Made by a program: the position numbers and the translations under genes. The notes below the pieces were generated by a model. It did no database searches, was not told the origin of the DNA, and saw nothing but the letters and a program-made list of their open reading frames with translations. Of a stretch of DNA of 44,641 bases, positions 36,027 through 44,060 are shown piece after piece. Positions within the stretch are counted from its first letter, which is position 1; every line of letters starts with the position of its first letter. This DNA is from a virus (lineage: Duplodnaviria > Heunggongvirae > Uroviricota > Caudoviricetes): positions 64,001-108,641 of the IMG/VR virus record IMGVR_UViG_3300028031_000001; one strand, 5' to 3'.

Positions 36027-37871
36027 ATGGAAGTACCTATAGCAAGAGTAAAAAAAATTAGAGCAATAAGACACTCTATATCTAATACAGTGCGTATGTT
36101 AGCTGGAAGACAATTGCAAGTTAGGCAAGCTGGTTCTAAAGCTTATGTTAGATTGGATGAAACAGGTGTACCAAATTTAATAAATATACCAGTAATTCCA
36201 GACACGGCTTCGGATAAATTATTAAATGGTGTGCAGGGTTATCTGGATCATGAAATTGGTCATGTATTATTTACAGATATAAATGTTTGGAGGTTAAAAG
36301 CTAAAAAAAGCACCCCACAATTAGAAACCTTTTATTGGAATATACTAGAAGACTCTTTCATTGAGAAACGCATGATTGATCGATTCAAAGGATCGTCTTT
36401 TAATTTAAATAATTCCCGAGAATTAATGATTGACCATATAGATGGAATAATTCCAACAATAAAATCTGACAATGGTAGTGAGAAAGAATGGTGGAATCTT
36501 TTTTGCGTTTGCGCCCTAAGAGCTATGTCTGGCGAAAGTATATTTGTATCGTATATGGAAGACAAATGGCATCTAATACCAAATTCGGTAAAGACTTTAG
36601 AAAAATTTAAGTCGGAACTTCTGACTGTAGAAAGCACTAAGGAAGCTTCTAACTTATCTTTAAGAATAGTAGAAGCTTTATTTGGGAAGCAAAATCCGGA
36701 AGACGAAAAATCTCCAGAGAATAACGCTGAAGGGAAGCCATCTGAAGGGAAGCCATCTGAAGACGAATCATCTGAAGACGAATCATCTGAAGACGAATCA
36801 TCTGAAGGGAAGCCATCTGAAGACGAATCATCTGAAGGATTTAAAGTCAACGAAGATGATTTAGGTAATAACCCATTTACCTTGGAGGACTTTGATTCTG
36901 GTCAGGCTACTACACAGCAGAATTTAATGGAAATTATTATATCGAAAATCGCCGTTGATGAATTTAATAGTACAGATTATATACCATTTACAACATCAAA
37001 TGACATAATAGAGCCGGTTAAAATGCCACAAAATATGGCTGGGGTAGATAGGTCATTCGAAATTATAGATTCAAAATCTAAAGAGATGGTAGGTGTTTTA
37101 CAAAAAGGTCTAGAAAGAGCGTTCCTAGCTATGAGTAAAAAACGCTGGGAATCTGGCCGAACATCAGGGAAACTAAATACTTCCGGACTATCAAGGTTAG
37201 TGGTTGGTGATGATAGGGTATTTCGTCAGCGCGTAATAACAAAAAGTAAAGAAGTCGCCGTTTCTCTTTTGATAGATTGCTCCGGATCGATGTCTGGTAG
37301 GGAGATAAGATTAGCAATTATGGCCGCATGGTCTTTATCAGAAGTGATGGATAGGCTTAATATTAGCAGTGAAGTGATTGGATTTACGACCGAATATTTT
37401 CCATATAATGCGACAGAATCATTGAAAAAAGATAATAGGGACGGAGACTTATATAGCAGATTTAGACCATTATATATGCCAATATTTAAAACTTTTATAG
37501 ATAGGTTCGGAATAGTCCAAAAAAAACGTTTAGCTGTATATCACGCTGGATTGGGCCATATGTCCTGTAATATAGACGGAGAATGCTTAAGGATCGCTGC
37601 GGATAGGTTGATGAATAGGCCAGAATCCGGAAAGACTATCATAGTGTTGTCAGACGGATATCCCGCTGGCGATGGAAATTCTCAAAAATTAAGATCGCAC
37701 TTAAAAAGTACCGCCTTGGATATAGAAAGGGAGGGTATTAACGTTGTTGGGATAGGCATAGGAACCGACGCCCCTGCCAGATTTTATAGGAAGCATGTAA
37801 AGTTAGATAATATAGATGATTTGCCTAGTACAGTTTTGAGTAAATTGAGAGAAGCAATATTACAACCATAA
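36027..37871 (+). CDS. CobT-like VWA (MIDAS) protein with an N-terminal HExxH domain and acidic linker
   Basis: DHEIGH...NILED; SGKLN; LLIDCSGSMS; NIDGE; VLSDGYP; VVGIGIG. Confidence 0.88.
   Translation: MEVPIARVKKIRAIRHSISNTVRMLAGRQLQVRQAGSKAYVRLDETGVPNLINIPVIPDTASDKLLNGVQGYLDHEIGHVLFTDINVWRLKAKKSTPQLETFYWNILEDSFIEKRMIDRFKGSSFNLNNSRELMIDHIDGIIPTIKSDNGSEKEWWNLFCVCALRAMSGESIFVSYMEDKWHLIPNSVKTLEKFKSELLTVESTKEASNLSLRIVEALFGKQNPEDEKSPENNAEGKPSEGKPSEDESSEDESSEDESSEGKPSEDESSEGFKVNEDDLGNNPFTLEDFDSGQATTQQNLMEIIISKIAVDEFNSTDYIPFTTSNDIIEPVKMPQNMAGVDRSFEIIDSKSKEMVGVLQKGLERAFLAMSKKRWESGRTSGKLNTSGLSRLVVGDDRVFRQRVITKSKEVAVSLLIDCSGSMSGREIRLAIMAAWSLSEVMDRLNISSEVIGFTTEYFPYNATESLKKDNRDGDLYSRFRPLYMPIFKTFIDRFGIVQKKRLAVYHAGLGHMSCNIDGECLRIAADRLMNRPESGKTIIVLSDGYPAGDGNSQKLRSHLKSTALDIEREGINVVGIGIGTDAPARFYRKHVKLDNIDDLPSTVLSKLREAILQP
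36729..36833 (+). repeat. 15-bp coding VNTR, 7 units of two types (AABBBAB)
   Basis: A=GAAGGGAAGCCATCT (EGKPS), B=GAAGACGAATCATCT (EDESS). Confidence 0.95.
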
Positions 37872-37878
37872 TTAGGAG

Positions 37879-39072
37879 ATGTATATGTCAGATAATAAAA
37901 AGATAGTATGTATGATATGTTCAAAAAATGCCCACTCTATAAAAGTCCACATTAAAGAGGATCATTTTGCAGGTTCTAAACAACCTTATACATTTGAGAA
38001 ATATGTAGAAAAATATCCAGAAGCTCCTTTATTGACTTCTGCCGCCGTTGAATATATGAAAAAAATGAGAGCTGAAAGAGTGAAATCTCCGAAACCAACT
38101 ATATTTAAATACAATTTAGACGAAAATAAAAAGCCTATGGCGGAATTGTTTGGATTAAGCGATGCTAATGGGAAAAATATATCTGGAAAAGATATTATGA
38201 TTGGAGTTTCTGACGAAATTAAATTTCCAGAATATGTTCCGCAAATAGATTCTTCATATGTATACCCAGTGACCACGCTAAAAACGGTTTTAATGGCGTT
38301 AAGTCAAAATATTCCCGTATATATATATGGCCATGCAGGTGTGGGAAAAACATCTTTATTTGAACAAATTTGTGCTAGAACTAACAACCGTATGATACGA
38401 ATACAACATACAGCCAATATAGAAGAGTCGCATATTATCGGCCAATGGACTGTGGAAAAATTTAAGGACGAAGAAAGCGGCCAGCTAATATCTGAAACAG
38501 TTTTTAAACTCGGCCCCCTAGCCGTAGCTATGAAGTATGGATTTTACTATTTGGCAGATGAATTTGATCGCGGACATCCGACGGTTATGTCAATTTATAA
38601 TGCGGTGCTGGAAGGTAAGCCTTTAATAATTCCCGAGGCTGATGAAGATAATAGGGTTATAACACCTCATAAAAATTTTAGGTTCGTGGCAAATGGAAAT
38701 AGCAACGGCTCTGGGGATGAGACCGGCCTTTACCAAGCCACTATCATGCAAGACGCCGCCAGCATAGAAAGGTTTGGAGTGTGCTTGAAACTGAATTATA
38801 TGAGTCCAGCCAAAGAGCTGAAAATGATTATAGACAAGACTGGGTTGCCATCCGAAGACGCGGAAAGGGTTGTCAGTTTTTGCACTAAAATTAGAGAGTC
38901 TTACCCATCTTCAGTATCTTTAACTATTGGCCCTAGAGTAGCAATTACTGCCGCCGTAATTGGGCTATTAAGTGGAAATATAAAACGTGGTATAGAATGC
39001 GCCTACGCTAATAGATTACCAGAATCTGAAAGGGAGTCTGCGCTAGCAATATCTCAAAGGATTTTTGGATAA
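37879..39072 (+). CDS. CobS-like MoxR AAA+ ATPase with an N-terminal C2H2-like Zn finger
   Basis: CMIC...H....H; GHAGVGKT; LADEFD; FRFVANGN; ERF. Confidence 0.9.
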   Translation: MYMSDNKKIVCMICSKNAHSIKVHIKEDHFAGSKQPYTFEKYVEKYPEAPLLTSAAVEYMKKMRAERVKSPKPTIFKYNLDENKKPMAELFGLSDANGKNISGKDIMIGVSDEIKFPEYVPQIDSSYVYPVTTLKTVLMALSQNIPVYIYGHAGVGKTSLFEQICARTNNRMIRIQHTANIEESHIIGQWTVEKFKDEESGQLISETVFKLGPLAVAMKYGFYYLADEFDRGHPTVMSIYNAVLEGKPLIIPEADEDNRVITPHKNFRFVANGNSNGSGDETGLYQATIMQDAASIERFGVCLKLNYMSPAKELKMIIDKTGLPSEDAERVVSFCTKIRESYPSSVSLTIGPRVAITAAVIGLLSGNIKRGIECAYANRLPESERESALAISQRIFG

Positions 39073-39639
39073 GTGGGTGACTTAAAACCACCATGCTATG
39101 GTATATCGATATGTTTCAATAGGGAGTCTAAAACCTGCAAGACCTGCTCATTTGAAAATCAGTGTTTTGCGGATAGTAAGGAAGAGGCTATATCTCTATC
39201 GAAAGACTATATTATGGATGACTGGTTAGTTAGGTTTGATTGTAAGTCCGATAACTTAACCACCAATAAAGTTAGAAATGCAGCCGTAGAGCCTGTATAT
39301 TGGGTCTTAACTAAAGAATTGCAAGAAGTTGTCAACTGTATGCCGGATAGGCCAGCTAAGATAGCAAAGTCTATTGTCAGGTGTGGTATAGATATTAAAG
39401 GTAAGATGGCTTTAGGCATCAACCCAATAAAAAGAAGAAAGTACAAGTACCTTAAGGACGCTTGTGACTTTTTGTTGGACGATGGCTACTCATATCAAGG
39501 CTTGACTCAATACTATATGGACAAATATAAGTGTGGAGTTTCAACTGCTCGAAATTATACTTGGCTTTCTACTGAAATTCTGTTAGGGTTACAGGTAATT
39601 GAGTGGTATGATAGCAGACTCATCCTGAGAGGCGAATAA
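39073..39639 (+). CDS. Hypothetical protein with an N-terminal Cys cluster
   Basis: C-x5-C-x7-C-x2-C-x5-C; abuts both neighbours. Confidence 0.7.
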   Translation: MGDLKPPCYGISICFNRESKTCKTCSFENQCFADSKEEAISLSKDYIMDDWLVRFDCKSDNLTTNKVRNAAVEPVYWVLTKELQEVVNCMPDRPAKIAKSIVRCGIDIKGKMALGINPIKRRKYKYLKDACDFLLDDGYSYQGLTQYYMDKYKCGVSTARNYTWLSTEILLGLQVIEWYDSRLILRGE

Positions 39640-39640
39640 T

Positions 39641-42600
39641 ATGACGTGTATGATAGGAGCGAAAACAGATTTCTCTCTAAAAGAGAGTGTGCTGAGTGCT
39701 AAGTATTTAGTAAATAAAGCTAAAGAGCTTGGGTACGATGCTATAGCTATCGCCGACACATCCTCTATCAACGCACTGACAAAGATATTCGCTGAAGCAA
39801 AGAAGGCTGACATAAAAGCGATCATCGGTGTTACGTTCACAGTCACTGACGACATCCATTACCGCGATGCAAAGCGTGGCACCCCCAAGACTAAGAAGCC
39901 TAGATTCCACAGACCAGTTCTGTACGCAAGAGATCAACACGGCCTAAGCGTGATAATGAATCTTGTAACTCTATCCAATGATGCGAATCACTTCTATTAT
40001 AACACGCAGATAAATCTAGAAGAACTACTATCCGCCATCAAAGAGGGTGGAGTTGTGTATTCGACTGGCGAAGCTTACTCGACGTTTACACATCCAGAAT
40101 ATATAGAAATTTTGCATTTGGTGGATTCTGCCTGTATAACATCTACACTCCAGTCTGCCACACCAAACGAATCTTTAATGTTCGGAGCGGTAGTCCCTGT
40201 AGATACCCCATACTACGATATGATTACACAGCGAGCAATATCTTGGATAAAATTTGACGCAACCCGTAATTTAATTATTTCAAAGCCGGTACTTCACAAG
40301 AAAGGTAAGGCCGATGTCCGTAATACTATGGACTGTATTCTTAACCGCAACAAGGTTGACAGTCCGTGGCGCAATGAGCCAGCGGAATTTCATCCAGAAC
40401 AACCTGCTATAATCGTGATGATGGTAGGGTTCCAACAAGCCAGAATTTCAGCCAACAGCACAGGCGATTTATCCGATATATTATTCGATGGTATTAAAGT
40501 TTTCGAAGATTCGTTCACATACGAATTCAAGAAGATGCCTATCTCCCTACCTGAGATATCCACTACGCCAAAAGAAACTCTGCTGAAGTTGTCTATCGAA
40601 GGATGGAAGAATCGAATTGCTAAAACTGTGTTGGGCTACAAGCCGGACGCATCCGAATTGCCGAAGTACAAAGAGCGCCTGAAGTACGAACTAAAAACCC
40701 TAAACGACATGGGCTTTGAGAATTACTTCCTGTTGGTTGAGAAGCTGACTACATGGTGTGCCGAAGAAGGAATTTTTGTTGGCCCCGGACGAGGCTCTGT
40801 CGGTGGTTCACTAGTAGCCTACCTGCTTGGAATAACAGACGTCGACCCTATCCGCTTTGGATTGATATTCGAGCGATTCATTAACCCCTCACGATTGGAC
40901 TTGCCAGATATCGATTTGGATTTCATGTCCTCTCGCCGTCATGAAGTGGTCACTTATTTAAGGGATCAATTTGGAGAGGATAACGTGGCTGGTATATCTA
41001 ACTACGGAGTTATGGGGCCATCATCTTCACTGAGAGCTGTGGGTTCTGCTCACAACTTAACGCAGGACGAAATCTCCTGCTCCAAGATGGTTCCGAAAGA
41101 GCATGGCATACCAATGAAGTTGGAAGCTTGCGTGGCAGAGGTTCCAGAGCTGGAGAGATTCGCAATTGACCATCCAAGCATCTGGGAAGAGGCTGTCGAG
41201 TTGCAGGGAGTGTTCAAAAATTACGGCACGCACGCCGCAGGTATAGTTGTGTCTGGAGTACCAATCAAAGAGAGAGCGGTTGTAGAGAGACGCAAAGATA
41301 AAGTCTGGTCTATCAATTGGGACAAGCGTGTGGTGGAAGACTTCGGTCTAGTTAAGTTGGACGTACTAGGTCTACAGACTCTGGACATCCTAGCAAAAGC
41401 TAATGAATATCTAATTGATGACGGCAAAGAGTCAATCAATTATAAATCTATAGAACTGACAGATGGAAAGGTGTTAGCTGGATTTGCCAAGGCCGAAACT
41501 AAAGGTGTATTTCAGTTTGAAGGTGGTGGTATGAGACACCTTCTTAAGGAACTGGCTGACGGTGACAAAATATCTTTCGAGGATATTACAGCAGCAACGG
41601 CACTGTTTCGTCCCGGCCCAATCGATGCTGGATTGATGGATGACTACGTACAGATTAAGCAGGGTGCTTCGTATCCTAACTACCTGCATCCAGCTATGGA
41701 ACCAGCACTGAAAGAAACTCAATCGGTGATTGTGTATCAGGAACAAGTGATGCAGATCGCTCGTGACTTGGCCGGATTCTCATTCGCGGAAGCTGACGTA
41801 CTTAGAAAAGCTATGGGCAAGAAAGACCATGACTTAATGGCACAGCAACGTAGCAAGTGGGTTGATGGATGCTTAACAACTCATAACATGGATATTATAA
41901 CTTCAGGTGGTCTGTTCGATCAGGTTGAGAAGTTTGCTGGCTACGGCTTTAACAAGTCTCACTCAGTCGAGTACACAATTATATCGTACTGGTCTATGTA
42001 CGTGAAAACGTATCACCCTGCCGTATTTTACGCGGCGGCGTTGTCAGTCTTGGACGAACCGAAGCTGATGGGTCTGGTGAAAGAGGCAGAGACTAAAGAT
42101 ATATTCGTTCGATCACCCGATATAAATAAGTCTTCAGACCGATATGAGGTTGTTAAAGAATTGGATGGTGGTATATCTTTGTACGCTCCATTCCAAGCTG
42201 TGAAAGGAATCAGTGAAAAAGGTGCGGCGGCGATCTTGGAAGCACAGTTGAACACTGGGGCGGGCATGGGTTTGTTCACAAGCAAGGCCAACTTCCTAGC
42301 CAGAGTAAACAAAAGATTCGCAAATATCAGAGTACAGTCTGCACTGGATAAGATTGGGGCGTTTGCTTCAATAGAATCTGACCAGCTACCAGCCTCTGAC
42401 ATCAGCAGGTTGAGAGATCAAAAGGAACTATTACCGGGGATTGTTACTAGAAATGTTATGACAGACCGGTCTATAATGAAGGATAAGGAATCTCTAGCGT
42501 CCCTACGTGAGGTTTTGCAAGAAGTTCAGGGCTGTTCTGCCTGTAGTTTGCAGGGAGAATGCCACCCCAAGCCAAAAATGGGTAAGACTGCGAAGATAAT

Positions 42601-43051
42601 GATCGTCACGGACTGCCCCAACTGGGGTGAAGAGAAGATGATGGGCACTGGAGAGGGCTGTACAGCCTTACGAGAGGCTTTAAAGGTTGCAGACATACCG
42701 ATGGCAGACGTATACCTAACATCGCTTGTGAAGGCTCTCAAGGGCTCTGGACAGACGCTACAGAACGAGTCAATCATAGGTTGTTCTGGGTTTCTAGATC
42801 GAGAGATAGAGATATTGAAGCCGCCAGTGATTGTTGTGCTGGGATCGGCAGCATTCAGGCACCTATACCCAGAAGCCAAAGGTGGGTGGGAAGAATTAAA
42901 TGGGCAGGTTCAGTATATTTCAGAGACAGATATGACATTGGTATGCGGATTGAATCCTTTGATGGTTCACTTTGATAAAACCAAGCAGATACACTTAAAC
43001 GACGCACTAATTACAGCGAAGAGTTTATTTAAGCTACCTACCAACCTCTAA
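39641..43051 (+). CDS. dnaE: DNA polymerase III alpha (DnaE, family C) fused to a C-terminal family-4 UDG-like domain
   Basis: GPGRGSVGGSL..YLLGIT..DP...L.FERF.NP.R.DLPDIDLDF, HAAG, KLDVLG, YQEQVM, FAGYGFNKSH; ends CSACSL...EIEILKPPVIVVLGSAA. Confidence 0.95.
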   Translation: MTCMIGAKTDFSLKESVLSAKYLVNKAKELGYDAIAIADTSSINALTKIFAEAKKADIKAIIGVTFTVTDDIHYRDAKRGTPKTKKPRFHRPVLYARDQHGLSVIMNLVTLSNDANHFYYNTQINLEELLSAIKEGGVVYSTGEAYSTFTHPEYIEILHLVDSACITSTLQSATPNESLMFGAVVPVDTPYYDMITQRAISWIKFDATRNLIISKPVLHKKGKADVRNTMDCILNRNKVDSPWRNEPAEFHPEQPAIIVMMVGFQQARISANSTGDLSDILFDGIKVFEDSFTYEFKKMPISLPEISTTPKETLLKLSIEGWKNRIAKTVLGYKPDASELPKYKERLKYELKTLNDMGFENYFLLVEKLTTWCAEEGIFVGPGRGSVGGSLVAYLLGITDVDPIRFGLIFERFINPSRLDLPDIDLDFMSSRRHEVVTYLRDQFGEDNVAGISNYGVMGPSSSLRAVGSAHNLTQDEISCSKMVPKEHGIPMKLEACVAEVPELERFAIDHPSIWEEAVELQGVFKNYGTHAAGIVVSGVPIKERAVVERRKDKVWSINWDKRVVEDFGLVKLDVLGLQTLDILAKANEYLIDDGKESINYKSIELTDGKVLAGFAKAETKGVFQFEGGGMRHLLKELADGDKISFEDITAATALFRPGPIDAGLMDDYVQIKQGASYPNYLHPAMEPALKETQSVIVYQEQVMQIARDLAGFSFAEADVLRKAMGKKDHDLMAQQRSKWVDGCLTTHNMDIITSGGLFDQVEKFAGYGFNKSHSVEYTIISYWSMYVKTYHPAVFYAAALSVLDEPKLMGLVKEAETKDIFVRSPDINKSSDRYEVVKELDGGISLYAPFQAVKGISEKGAAAILEAQLNTGAGMGLFTSKANFLARVNKRFANIRVQSALDKIGAFASIESDQLPASDISRLRDQKELLPGIVTRNVMTDRSIMKDKESLASLREVLQEVQGCSACSLQGECHPKPKMGKTAKIMIVTDCPNWGEEKMMGTGEGCTALREALKVADIPMADVYLTSLVKALKGSGQTLQNESIIGCSGFLDREIEILKPPVIVVLGSAAFRHLYPEAKGGWEELNGQVQYISETDMTLVCGLNPLMVHFDKTKQIHLNDALITAKSLFKLPTNL

Positions 43052-43062
43052 TAGGAAATAAT

Positions 43063-43371
43063 ATGGCAAGATTAAGAATACCAAAGTCATTAAGATTGAT
43101 GGGTCACGACATCGAAGTTGTGATGGTTGATGATTTAATAGAGGAATGCGAATTGCTTGGCGACTGCGACTTTTACGAAAATGTAATACGAATACAGACA
43201 CCAATACCCGGAATATTGACTCGCTCCCAAGCTGTTCAAACGTATTATCATGAACTGCTACATTTCGCATTTCACCTAACAGGTTATGAGAAGGAAAGTC
43301 AGGACGAACAGATGGTCGATAGGATCGCACAGTTAATTCACCAAGCTTTGGTATCAGCGAAATATAAATAA
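43063..43371 (+). CDS. Small HExxH zinc metallopeptidase-like protein (ImmA/IrrE-like fold)
   Basis: G.CDF....IRI...TYYHELLHF...E..VD.IA. Confidence 0.7.
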   Translation: MARLRIPKSLRLMGHDIEVVMVDDLIEECELLGDCDFYENVIRIQTPIPGILTRSQAVQTYYHELLHFAFHLTGYEKESQDEQMVDRIAQLIHQALVSAKYK

Positions 43372-43379
43372 AATAAAGC

Positions 43380-43408
43380 TTGACCTTTATAAAAACAATA
43401 GGTAGAAT
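43380..43408 (+). promoter_or_regulatory. Sigma70 promoter with an A-rich UP element, probably giving a leaderless mRNA
   Basis: TTGACC-17 nt-TAGAAT; ATG at 43415 lies 7 nt after the -10 end; no SD. Confidence 0.7.
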
Positions 43409-43414
43409 GCGCAG

Positions 43415-43915
43415 ATGAATCAGACTAACACTCAAAAACCACTCAAAGAATTTATAGATCAGGAAAAACTGAGAGAGGATTTAGCATTTGGAGAATATGA
43501 TTTGTCCGATGCTGTATCTATTCAAGCTGGACTTTTTTCATTCTACGCATCTATGCATACAAATGCTATGCTACAAACGGAAAAAAGCAGATCATATTTT
43601 GAGTTAGTAGAGGCTCAATTGGATACAAAAATTCGCATACGTGCTTCTAAAGCTGGTGAAAAAATCACCGAGAAGCAGATAACGAATAAGATTAGGATGC
43701 AATCTATGTACCGTATAGCGGAAGCTCGATACTTCGATGCAAAGTTTATATCTCGATCTTGTAGGGAAGCTCAACAGGCCATCAAAAATAAAGGCGATAT
43801 GCTGGTACAAGCAGCAAAAGCAAAAACTATTGAGATGCAAGGCCAGATGAGATTTTCAGGCAATGGTGGGGGCCAAAGCCCATCACAACGAATACAGGAA
43901 GCGTTGGATAAGTAA
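43415..43915 (+). CDS. UvsY-like recombination/SSB mediator (putative)
   Basis: Helical 166 aa; L.EDL.F....L......Q..LFSFYA, KITEKQI...I; adjacent to a gp32-like SSB. Confidence 0.5.
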   Translation: MNQTNTQKPLKEFIDQEKLREDLAFGEYDLSDAVSIQAGLFSFYASMHTNAMLQTEKSRSYFELVEAQLDTKIRIRASKAGEKITEKQITNKIRMQSMYRIAEARYFDAKFISRSCREAQQAIKNKGDMLVQAAKAKTIEMQGQMRFSGNGGGQSPSQRIQEALDK

Positions 43916-43917
43916 CA

Positions 43918-44001
43918 AAGGTAATGGGCTGAAAACCTATTACCTTGCCTATAGGTGGTGATCTCAGGTCTTTCTACATACATAGGGGATCGGAAGCCAC
44001 T
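43918..44001 (+). ncRNA. Candidate structured RNA (leader of the SSB gene or sRNA)
   Basis: 11-bp hairpin 43918-43946, plus a second bulged stem pairing 43954-43965 with 43986-44001. Confidence 0.4.
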
Positions 44002-44060
44002 CTACCAGCACAACATATCCTGATTCGAACTTAAAACCGATAGTAAATAGGAAATAAAAC

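Noticed and set aside
36729-36833. CRISPR-like array
   Set aside because: Units are directly adjacent with no unique spacers, are in frame within a CDS, and no cas genes are present.
36649-36864. Repetitive ORFs 36649..36831 (-) and 36682..36864 (+)
   Set aside because: Alternative-frame readings of the 15-bp VNTR.
36027-39072. Cobalamin-biosynthesis auxiliary metabolic genes (cobS/cobT)
   Set aside because: No CobN or other cob genes; generic MoxR/VWA pairs commonly receive this label.
43916-44060. tRNA or intrinsic terminator
   Set aside because: No cloverleaf, T-loop GTTCRA or CCA arrangement; the hairpin has no U-tract.
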